This document shows positions 52,265 through 62,475 of a stretch of DNA of 64,000 nucleotides, piece by piece. The DNA is from Octopus sinensis (lineage: Eukaryota): the NCBI RefSeq assembly GCF_006345805.1, contig NW_021836291.1, positions 418,654-482,653 of the forward strand, written 5' to 3'. The notes under the pieces were generated by a model. The model had not been told where the DNA came from and made no database searches. It saw only the letters and a program-made list of their open reading frames with translations. Numbering within the stretch: the first letter of the stretch is position 1; every line of letters starts with the position of its first letter. A program made the position numbers and the translations under genes.

Positions 52265-53982
52265 TGTCGCGCCTATAGCTGGCGACCATGGTGACCTACA
52301 TTGTTGACAGCGTGACCTACATAGTTTGACATTCAATTAAAAACAAAAATAATTTATTATAAAAAGGGTTTAGCGTCATTTTAATTAGAAAAATGCTATC
52401 TTCCAAAAGATGTTGTATTAGTATAGTCTCAATCCTTAGGTTACGTGAAAAATGACAGTGAATACCAAAATATTGTAAATGCACAACTCCAAATACCCGT
52501 ACAAACTACATCTAAATCCGAAAAATACAAACTTATTAAAAAAGCTAATCAATTTATGATAATTGACGATCGGTATATTTGATATTCCTAATTCGTAGTC
52601 TCTATCTAAAGGACGATAATAACCAAAAACACAAATTGGTTATCTGTTTGGACAATGAAATGGAGATGAAGACACTGGCATTCGCTATTCACCAAGAATG
52701 CCACTGGGGAATGCTAAAGCTTCATAAGAAGTGCTGTAAATTTTATTTTACTGTGAAGCGCCCTATTATCGAACAAATTATAAAAGACTGCGAAATTTGT
52801 AAATTTGCTGGCCCGTTAAAAGTATTTTTGATTAAATATACTTAGGTATCCGATTCTAATTACCATGTAACGGCAAGAAGTCCAAATGAAAGATTCCAGG
52901 CGGATCTTATTGATGTTAGAAGATATAAAGATTTTAACGATGGATATAATTGGATATTAACAATTATTGACATCTACAGCAAATTCGTGGTTTGCAAATC
53001 CTTAAAAAATAAATCTGCTTTTGGTAAAACTTAACATTTACTTTTAGAAGTTGGAAATAAATTAAAAAAAATTTTTGTCAAATTGGATATTGTCAAGTTT
53101 TGCAAACGGACAACGGATTGGAATTCAAAAATCAACTGATGGATCAACTATGCGGAGAAAATAAAATCAAACATATTTATGGAAGACCAAACCATCCCCA
53201 GTCACAAGTTTATAAATTTGAAATAAATTAGGGTGTAATTGAGCGCTTTAACCAAACATTGACACGGAGTATGGCTAAACTGATGGATAAAGAAGGAACT
53301 AAAAATTGGAAACAATTTTTAGACAGAGTAACTTTTTCTTATAATACGACACACCACTCGGCGATCAATGAGACCCCCTTCAAAAAGTTTAGGGGTATTT
53401 CTGGAATTAACACTGTGATTCATGAAATACCAGGTTATAATCTTATTTATAATTTAGATGAAAATAATGAGGCATTGTTTGTCAAAGATAAACTTAGTGG
53501 TAAATTTACGATGTATTTATTTTAGAAACGAATAACAAAATTTTTAATTTTACTCCTCCAGACATGAATTCATCTTATTTTAAATGAATGAATAAAAAGA
53601 TGAGAGTACACAGGTCAAAATATGATTTTGAAATAGGGAATGAGGTATAATTAAATAATAACAGTTTAGGTTCGAATCTTAAAAGATTGTGAGACGAATC
53701 CGTCATTGAAGCTACACAGATTTGAATCCCCATATGAAGAAAAGGGAAAAGTAAAAAATATAATGTATAATAACAGATTAATGGTTAGTTGTTTTTCCTA
53801 ACATTTAGATCGAATTAGGAAATGAAACCAAGATAGTTACTATGAATAGAGTTAAAAAATGTTAAGGTTTTTGAATATTTAGCATTTATCTTGAGTCAGT
53901 AATTAGTGTCAAACTATGTAGGTCACCCTGTCAACCATGTCAACTATGTAGGTCACCATGGTCGCCAGCGTAGTTCGCGACA
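52265..53982 (+). mobile_element. Full-length Ginger-type (gypsy-integrase-like) DNA transposon
   Basis: TGT...ACA termini; imperfect TIRs at 52265-52331 and 53907-53982 (GCTGGCGACCATGGTGACCTACA / TGTAGGTCACCATGGTCGCCAGC); 5-bp TSD GTTTT at 52260-52264 and 53983-53987; integrase gene inside. Confidence 0.9.
52393..53865 (+). pseudogene. Integrase-like transposase with 10 exons; one frameshift and one in-frame TGA
   Basis: HHCC (IHQECH..CEIC); DDE (FQADLID, QTDNG, VIERFN); GRPNHPQSQG; YNTTHHSAINETPF. Nine 24-26-nt GT-AG introns; 1-nt loss in the A8T5 run (~53064-53076); TGA at 53585. Confidence 0.85.
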
Positions 53983-53996
53983 GTTTTAAAATATTA

Positions 53997-54790
53997 TGTC
54001 ACGGGTTGGATAATACCCCCTTAAAAATTTTATCAAAATCATACGAAAATAACCTGATAATTAATTAAAAATAACTTGATAATGGAATTAAGTCAATTTA
54101 TTCAATTTTTTGATTGAATGAATTTTACCAAGAGTCGGCAAAACCCATTTGAACGAATCGTCATTCATATCTTTAAGTGCGCACCTATCTTTATCAACTT
54201 TGGATATTTGGTATATAGTTAAATCAATCTGGTCATACAAGGGGTATTTTCGATTATTCGGATGTGCATCAATATCGTGTCTGAGTAGGACATTATTTCC
54301 TACGGCTAAATCTTCATCAAATTTCCATTCCCACCTCTTTTTCATATTTTCTCCGGCGAAAACATGGCTTTCAAATAATTCAATTCATATTCTCCTGACA
54401 GTGAACGCATTTTGAGATCACAGCAGTAATTTCGACTCAGGTTACTGCATAAACTTTCTTTCTCAGTATCGAAAGCAACTTTTCTCTTCCAAAATGTGTC
54501 CCCCTTGATAGTTTTTATTTTAAGTTCCTTTTCTTCTTGGGGGAAAAGCGTAACCTCTGGTTTTTGTATTTTATGTATACTATCCCTTCGTCTTCAAAAA
54601 TTAACTGTTCTGCTAATTTTCTGTATCTTTTTTTTAGATTTCTGAAATCGGTCCATAAAAATACATCTAATTGAATATTTTTAATTACTTCAAGTTCATG
54701 TTTAGTAAGTTTGAGTAAAACCATTTCTGAAAAATATATTTGATCAATTATACTTATTATTTTTTCAAATTGGAAAACTAGCTCTAGTTA
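53997..54790 (-). mobile_element. Internally deleted relative of the Ginger-like element
   Basis: TGTCACGGG terminus at 53997; C-terminal DLAVGNNVLLRHDIDAHPNNRKYPL parallels DFEIGNEVRILKDCETNPSLK; the N-terminal ORF 54515-54724 is present but the DDE core is absent. Confidence 0.55.
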
Positions 54791-54799
54791 TTGAGGGGG

Positions 54800-56477
54800 C
54801 TCTGGCCTCGAATTCTTGGTGCGATTGGTGCAAGTTTCTTTCATTTGTCCCTGTCTGTCTGGGCAGCCCTTTAAACGGCCCTCTTCGTGGTGACCGTTTG
54901 TCCGTCTCGCAGCAAATTAAAACAAACTGCGAGTTTTTCAACAATTCAGAATTTGATATCAGCTATTTTTCCCTTCATGCTGCTGAAAGGCTCCTTCGTC
55001 CAATTCAGAGCACTCAGGACATTACTCGAATGGTTCGCAGCAAGCTTATGCAAGGCGACGTTCGGAGTGCAGTACGTGCCATTTCCCCGAACACTACAAT
55101 TGCCCCTCCCCTTCTGATAAAGTCCTCGACCAATTGCCCTCTAAACACCCCGGTGCATCTGAAATCCCAGATCTGATTACTGATTCCCATTCTGTATATC
55201 CCGTCTCTTCAACAGAAGTAACTGCCACCCTCAGTTCTTTTCCATTCAGTAGCAATGAGGGTATCGATGGCAGCTGACTTCTGCAAAATGTAATGAAATC
55301 CCATTTCTCCTTAAAATTGATGTCAAAAACGCGTTCAACTCGATTCGGCGCGATCATATCCTTGAAACTGTCCGAAGTCGTTTCCCTGCCTTATATTTGA
55401 TCGTCCATCTGGCTTACGCCTCCCTCAGCTGTCTCTTGTTTGCCGACAATGTTATTATGTCCGAAACTGGTATTCAACAAAGCGACCCTCTTGGGCCTCT
55501 TTTATTCTCACTCGGTGTTGATCACATTGCCCGCCAATTGTCCTCTGAGGTCAACATTTGGTACCTCGATGATGTTACTCTTGGTGGGGCTTTGGAGATC
55601 GTCAAGAATGATGTAGAAAAAAATTATTTCTGGTTTTGCTTCCATTGGACTCGCTTTGAATGGATCCAAATCCGAGCTGATATGTTTGTCTGCGAGCCAT
55701 TCAGAATTCAAACTTATTTTTTCCACCTTATCTCACCATATTGAAGACCTGTCAATCACCCAGCTTGATGACCTTATCATTCTGGGTTCCCCAATCAATA
55801 GCAAGGCTACTAGGAAGGCTTTATGTAACAGGCTCGAAGAATTGGAAACTCTAATCTCCCGCATTTCCAAACTTGAATCCCATTTAGGCCTTTTCTTGCT
55901 CAAGAACTATCTCTTTATACCAAAGCTAACTTATCTCATGCGCTCATCGCCCTGCTTTCTCGAACAAAATCACTTATCTCGTCTCGACAACATGGTCTCC
56001 AAAACTCTTGAGCTACTCGTAAATATCAAATTCAAACCTTCAGACATACGACGGGTTAATTTACCTATTCGTTACAGGGCATCGGCATTCGTTCTTGTGA
56101 AGATTTATCCCTCCCATGTTATCTTTCCTCGTTGTCTGCTTCCGCTAGTTTCGTCAACTCTGTTCTCTTCCCCTTCTCTGAACAGCCCGAGTTGTTGGAA
56201 TATGCGGCAGGTGTCAACATGTGGATTAATTGTGGGCTTAAAACCCCGGACGTCCCCTCAGTTCAAAAGAACTGGGATGATATACATTGTTCCCATGTAC
56301 TCGAAGATATCCGACTACGTGCTGACCAATTTCAGTTAGCAGGCATTAATTGTGCCTGTCAACCCCACTCGGCCGATTTGCTTGACGCATTGCCGGTTTC
56401 CTCTGCTGGAATGTTCCTGGATAACGAATTCGGCCGCACTGGTTTGTGTCTACGCTTTGGGATCGAGATTTGCCAGC
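54800..56477 (+). mobile_element. CRE-like retrotransposon, internally deleted and cut off at the rDNA array edge
   Basis: KLMQGDVRSAVR, DVKNAFNSIRRD, GIQQSDPLGPLLF, WYLDDVTLGG, LLKNYLFIPKLTYLMRSSPC, LDALP..LDN; ends abruptly at CLRFGIEICQL. Confidence 0.88.
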
Positions 56478-58986
56478 TACGTCAACAAAATTTACCTTAG
56501 TGGCAAGAAACATAATAAATCACTTCTAAAATAATAGCGTTCTTATTTAAATCTAAAAATGCGTTTTTATTTTCACCAAAAATAAACGCGAGATCTCCAC
56601 TTGTGTGCAACCAATCGACCTGATTTTTTCAGGACAACTGCCTCCCTTGATGGTCTACTATATTAACTTGTTCAACCTCCTCTAAACCTTTTTACTATCT
56701 CAAACTAAGGAATCATGTACAATGTAACTTAAGATGTCAGACTTACAATGTAAATAAGAAAATAAATAAATTAATAAATTAAAAATATTGTTATATATCA
56801 ATTTTGATGTTTTATGAACGTTTTTGCATGCAAAACTGGAGTCAGACGTTCCTAGACCTTAGTTTCTTTATAGGCTACTACAATGTATGCTAATGGCCTA
56901 TCTATAAGGGCCCTTCTACAAGAGGCCTGGAAATATGCTGTTTATTGATAAAATCTCTAGAATACATTAACAAATTCCCTAAAATTATAAATTAGTTGAT
57001 TAACAAATTTGAAAAACTGAACTGTCTGAACTTTACATATGTCTAACTAAAAATGAGTCTTTATTTCCCGACAAAACACCCCCCGAGATCTCCACTTGTG
57101 TGCAACCAATCGACCTGATTTTTTCAGGACAACTGCCTCCCTTGATGGTCTACTATATTCTCTTGTTCAACCTCCTCTAAACCTTTTTACTATCTCAAAC
57201 TAAGGAACCATGTACGATGTAACTCAAGATGTCAGACTTACAATGTAAATAAGAAAATAAATAAATTAATAAATTAAAAATATTGTTATATATCAATTTT
57301 GATGTTTTATGGACGTTTTTGCATGCAAAACTGGAGTCAGACGTTCCTAGACCTTAGTTTCTTTATAGGCTACTACAATGTATGCTAATGGCCTATCTAT
57401 AAGGGCCCTTCTACAAGAGGCCTGGAAATATGCTGTTTATTGATAAAATCTCTAGAATACATTAACAAATTCCCTAAAATTATAAATTAGTTGATTAACA
57501 AATTTGAAAAGCTGAACTGTCTGAACTTTACATATTTCTAACTAAAAATGAGTCTTTATTTCCCGACAAAACACCCCCCGAGATCTCCACTTGTGTGCAA
57601 CCAATCGACCTGATTTTTTCAGGACAACTGCCTCCCTTGATGGTCTACTATATTCACTTGTTCAACCTCCTCTAAACCTTTTTACTATCTCAAACTAAGG
57701 AACCATGTACGATGTAACTTAAGATGTCAGACTTACAATGTAAATAAGAAAATAAATAAATTAATAAATTAAAAATATTGTTATATATCAATTTTGATGT
57801 TTTATGAACGTTTTTGCATGCAAAACTGGAGTCAGACGTTCCTAGACCTTAGTTTCTTTATAGGCTACTACAATGTATGCTAATGGACTATCCATAAGAA
57901 CCCTTCTAGAAGAGGCCTGGAATTATGCAGTTTATTGATAAAATCTTTAGAATACATTAAAAAATTCACTAAACATATTATAAATTAGTTGATTAACAAA
58001 TTTGAAAAGCTGAACATAATTCTAACTAAATAAGTCTTTATTTCCCGACAAAACACCCCCCGAGATCCCCACGTGTGTACATGCAATCGACTCGATTTTT
58101 TCAGACATAAGTGTGTAAATATGATAGTAAATTGTATTAGCCTGTTCAACCTTTTTTAGGACCTTCATCCATGTCAAATCAAAGCCTTTTTGATAAACAC
58201 GTGTCTCAATAAAGGAAATTTGCTCGAATATGTATTTAAAATTGACTATTTAAGTTAAAAATATATTTAATGGTCCTTGAACAATTAGTATATTGACATT
58301 TTTATGTGCCTCCGATATGCGAGATCTCTCCAGCGGCCTAATTGTTCTTAAACTTTACAAACTAACTAGAAGCCCGTTAACATAATTTTTCAAAAATCAA
58401 ATTTAAATTCTATATAAAAGTGATCCGAGCGAGTTAGGATCATAATAACACTAAATTCAATTTGCTCCGCCAGAACGTGTCCCAAGCAATAGTGAGGGGA
58501 AACAGGATCGCCATCAGTTCTTCTTTACATGTAAAATTTTAACAAATAAAAAAATTAAAGATTTATTTAAAAAAGGAATAACAAAATTAAAAAACAGTAA
58601 AAGATTGCTTTTTTGACCCTCGGTGGAAGTTGGAGATGAATCTGTGCAAATTCGACTCCAAGATCCGACCCCCCAATAACGAATGTTTTTTTCTGCCTCT
58701 CTATGAAAAGATCGTCGTTATCCTGGCGAAGAGATTTGCGATCTGTCAGGCAGCTGGCCCTCCCTTTGATAATTCACTTTTGCTTGAACTAAAAAAAAAG
58801 TCAACTTACTATCTACGCTTCTCAGAAATTTATTATCCGGAAAACAGCCCGCTTTTTCTAGTACATATATCTTTAACCATCGCAGTAAATGTTATACGAT
58901 CTAAAAGTAGCCCGTCTTAACTGGTCGCATCAATATTTTTCTATACTACTATCCAGAGATTTTTTTCAAATTTGGACTTTGCTATA
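56478..58986. repeat. rDNA intergenic spacer / 3' flank, near-identical to 62476-64000
   Basis: Both copies start TACGTCAACAAAATTTACC; in the unique part the offset is 5014 bp (58630 vs 63644). Confidence 0.93.
56590..58090. repeat. Tandem ~495-bp spacer subrepeats (3 units)
   Basis: GAGATCTCCACTTGTGTGCAACC at 56590, 57085 and 57580, with a variant at 58062 (periods 495, 495, 482). Confidence 0.95.
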
Positions 58987-59144
58987 CAAGAGTTTATTTT
59001 AGATTTTGACTTGTTGGTTTGAACTTATCCTAGTAGGCTGGATTAATTGCCCTTTAATAACGTAAGATAGAGAATATAGCAACTATACTACAGTTTCTGG
59101 CCCGTCATAAATAATGGTAGAAGCGTCCGACAAGCGGACAAATT

Positions 59145-60182
59145 TTAGGCAAAGGGATGGACCTCAGTAGATCGCCACTATACGTGGCTTTCGTATGTAC
59201 AGTTCCCATGCCAGTATATGTCGTTTGCATATAATTTAGCACAAAGCTCAGTGAAAATGCAAGTCAACCTGGTGTAACAACAGTTTTTAGTGTTATCAAC
59301 GACACCAAGCCAGTAGCAGCATAAAAGCATAAATTTGCTATACAAGAGCTTCGAACAATATCGTTGCAGCCAGTCAAGATTCTAACTTAGAGGCGTTCAG
59401 TTATTATCTTTCAGACGATAGCTTCGCACCACTGACTTTTCAGTCAAGTGCATGAACCAAATGTCTGACTCTGCAGTTCCTTACGTAATTTGCAGAATTA
59501 CTGTGGCAACGACACTCAATCAGTAGGGTAAAACTAACCTATCTCACGATGGTCTAAACTCAGCTCACGTTCCCTGTTAGTGGGTGAACAATCCTACACT
59601 TTGCGATTTATGCTTCGCAATGATAGGAAGAGCCAACATCGAAGGATCAAAAAGCACCGTCGCTATGTACGCTTGGGTGCCACAAGCCAATTATCCCTGT
59701 GGTAACTTTTCTGTCACCTTTAACTTAAAGCTTATAAAAGTAAAAGGATCGATAGGCCACGCTTTCGCGCCTTGCATACGTACTGAACATGCAAATAAGG
59801 CGAGCTTTTACCCTTTCGCGCTATGGTAGATTTCTGTTCCACCTGAGCTCACCTTTGGACATCTGCGTTATTGTTTAGCAGATGTACCGCCCCAGCCAAA
59901 CTCCCCAAATGACACTGTTTTCAGATCCGATCGACCCCGAACGGGCCTTACACTGCAAACTTTCCCATTAAGGAAGCACGGTATTACTGAATTAGTAGGA
60001 AGACGACTGAGGAAGTGGTCTTACATTGTCGCTGCGGAACAGCTCCCACCTATTACTATATCCCCAATGTCCTCCTACAATGCCAATCTAGAGTCCAAGC
60101 TCAACAGGGTCTTCTTTCCCCGCTGATTGTCACGGGCCCGTTACCCCGTCTGTGGTTTCGCTAGAGTGCTGATAGGGACAGT

Positions 60183-60213
<31 letters not shown>

Positions 60214-60224
60214 TCAATTAAATT

Positions 60225-60277
<53 letters not shown>

Positions 60278-60470
60278 TGCTTAAGTGAATCTCTACACGC
60301 TGACATTCAGGGCACTGGGCAGAAATCACACTGCGTCAAAACCGTTTACGGCTATCGCACTGCTTTGTTGTTATTACACAGTCAGATTCCCCTTCTCCGT
60401 GCCAGTTCTACTTTGGTTGTTCACTGTCCTACCACTCAATGCTCAACTACCACTTACGCAGCAATCAAAC
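59145..60470 (-). rRNA. 28S rRNA, 3' portion only (about domain IV to the 3' end)
   Basis: Reverse complements of GGGAAAGAAGACCCTGTTGAGCTT, CTCTTAAGGTAGCCAAATGCCTCGT, GGGATAATTGGCTTGTGGC, the sarcin-ricin region and the 3'-end helix. Confidence 0.95.
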
Positions 60471-60487
60471 AAAAGGCCTACTAGCAC

Positions 60488-61122
60488 GGCCTACTAGCAC
60501 GCGATTACGTACTACTAGCACACCGAGATCCAACTACGAGCTTTTCAACTGCAGCAACTTTAGTATACACTATTGGAACTGGAATTGCCGCGGCTGCTGG
60601 CACCAGACTTGCCCTCCAATTGCATTCATTAAAGCTTTTACAGTTATTTCATTACGATCTCCTGGCAAATGCCCGGATCCGTTATTTATGATCACTATCT
60701 CTTTATGCCAAAAGTGGATAATTTACGCACCTGCTGCAATCCATAGATCTGGCAGCCATTTCTCATGCTCCCTCTCCGGAATCGAACCCTGATTCCCCGT
60801 TACCCGTTGTAACCACGGTAAGCCACTACCTCACCGTCGAAAATTGATGGGGCGGACATCTAATTGATACGTCGCAGGCACTGCCTGTGATCAGCAAGTT
60901 TATCCAGAGTCAACTAATTCTAATAATTGCGCTTCGAGAAGCTATACGCATGTATTAGCTCTAGATTTACAACAGTTATCCACCGTCGTGTGAGATTATC
61001 AAGTAAGTTATGTCCGATTTAATGAGCCGTTCGCGGTTTCGCTCATTAGAGAGCATGAACTTACACTTGCATGGCTTAATCTGTAAGATAAGCATATGAC
61101 TACTGGCAGGATCAACCAGCTA
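60488..61122 (-). rRNA. 18S rRNA, 5' ~630 nt only (to the start of V4)
   Basis: CTGGTTGATCCTGCCAGTAGTCATATGCTT, GGTTCGATTCCGGAGAGGGAGC, GTGCCAGCAGCCGCGG, AAAAGCTCGTAGTTGGAT; the sequence then passes directly into 28S. Confidence 0.95.
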
Positions 61123-61604
61123 TCTATTACTTTGACTAGAACGCCAAAAAGGACGTTCAAGTGCAATTCAACAAATACCAGCCTCTAGCTGTTCAAGCCC
61201 ATACGCAGAACATAGCCATTCGCTCCAACAGTTGCATTCCAACAACCCATGAAGCAGAATACCGCTTGGTACGAAATAAAAAACCATCTGCAATAGGCAC
61301 AACAAGAACAACCAGCGCCAACTCTGACTATAGGAAACAACTGTCCATCTCGTATACTGGTTCAGGCTTATTTTATTAACTACCCGTAACTTACACACGT
61401 TCAAACTTTCCACAGATAAACTATAGGTCATATAGAGTAACATAGTCGGCTGTGGAAAAAAAGACATGAGAGACTAAATTCTCAAAGCAGCAAGCGGAAC
61501 CCACGTTCATTCGATTTCAAACAGAATAAGCTAGCATTTTTCCAAATGCAAGCCTAAATCCGCTTGCAACCAAAAACGCCCAAAAAGCTTTTCAAATTTA
61601 ACCT

Positions 61605-61616
61605 CCCCCCTATATA
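61605..61616 (-). promoter_or_regulatory. Probable RNA polymerase I transcription initiation site
   Basis: TATATAGGGGGG about 490 nt upstream of the 18S 5' end; resembles the TATA-purine/G-run Pol I start motif known from plants and arthropods. Confidence 0.6.
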
Positions 61617-62475
61617 GTCAAAAAAAGTCGAAATTTATTCTGGGATTTTGGCCATTTTTTCAAATTTTTTTTCTGGTGATTTTTCTATTTCTCTACTGAC
61701 TGTAGCTTGTGCTCCAATTTTATCGAAAGATTAGCCCAAAGCTGGGCAGTCTTTAGTAAGTCAGCCAGTTTCAGGCTGCGGCAAATAAATTACCAGGATT
61801 TTCTGAAAAACAAACTAAATTATTAATAAATTTATAAAAAAAATAATAAAAGGTAACTTATATTATTTTTGGACGCTGAATTCAAAAATGTTATCAGATA
61901 TGAGATCAGACCTTTATACTTCGAGATCTAGAAATTGATCTCTTATCTCCACCTAGGAATGTCTGACATAAAAAAGAACTTGTTTTTCGAGTTCGCCAGA
62001 AAATTTTAGCTAATATAGTTATATTTTATTTCAACTTAATTGTGTAATATTTAAATTTCATTTGACTGATGTAACATGTTTCTAGTGGGAACATGTAATA
62101 AAACATATTAATTCTAAACAAATCACAAATACATAATTAGCAATTAAAAAATATATATAAATGTTAATCTTGACGTTCTAAATTCATTTCTGTATTCAGA
62201 AATCTCATCAGATGTTCCTAGAGAGAGTTATGAATTCTGTCCCTCATTTCTTCAGGAAGGTCTGAGGAGAAAACCGAGGTGATTTCCAAACGCAGGAGGA
62301 AATTTTAGTTAATTTAGTTATAAATTATTATGTTTTAAAGCGATTAAATTTGATGGTTGTTAATTGTTTCTAGTGGGTGCACCACGTGCGATGGGATTCA
62401 GGGTCAACGTCGGATCTATTTGAGTCCCCTATTGTAATATATCAAACCGCAAGTATCTTACTCAATTGGATCAAA

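Noticed and set aside
57060-57140. Spacer subrepeat translating as PPEISTCVQPIDLIFSGQL, reminiscent of the pogo QPxD motif
   Set aside because: The match is too short to support a transposase origin without a profile search.
56590-58090. CRISPR-like or coding tandem array
   Set aside because: Units are ~495 bp and near-identical with no unique spacers; the context is a eukaryotic rDNA spacer.
58630-58920. 96-aa ORF duplicated at 63644-63934
   Set aside because: It starts at TTG, has no recognisable motif, and its duplication is explained by the rDNA spacer repeat.
60232-60256. R2 insertion at the canonical 28S target
   Set aside because: The site (TTAAGGTAGCCAA on the minus strand) is intact and uninterrupted.
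59584-61467. ORFs overlapping 28S, 18S and the ETS
   Set aside because: Chance ORFs, mostly antisense to rRNA.
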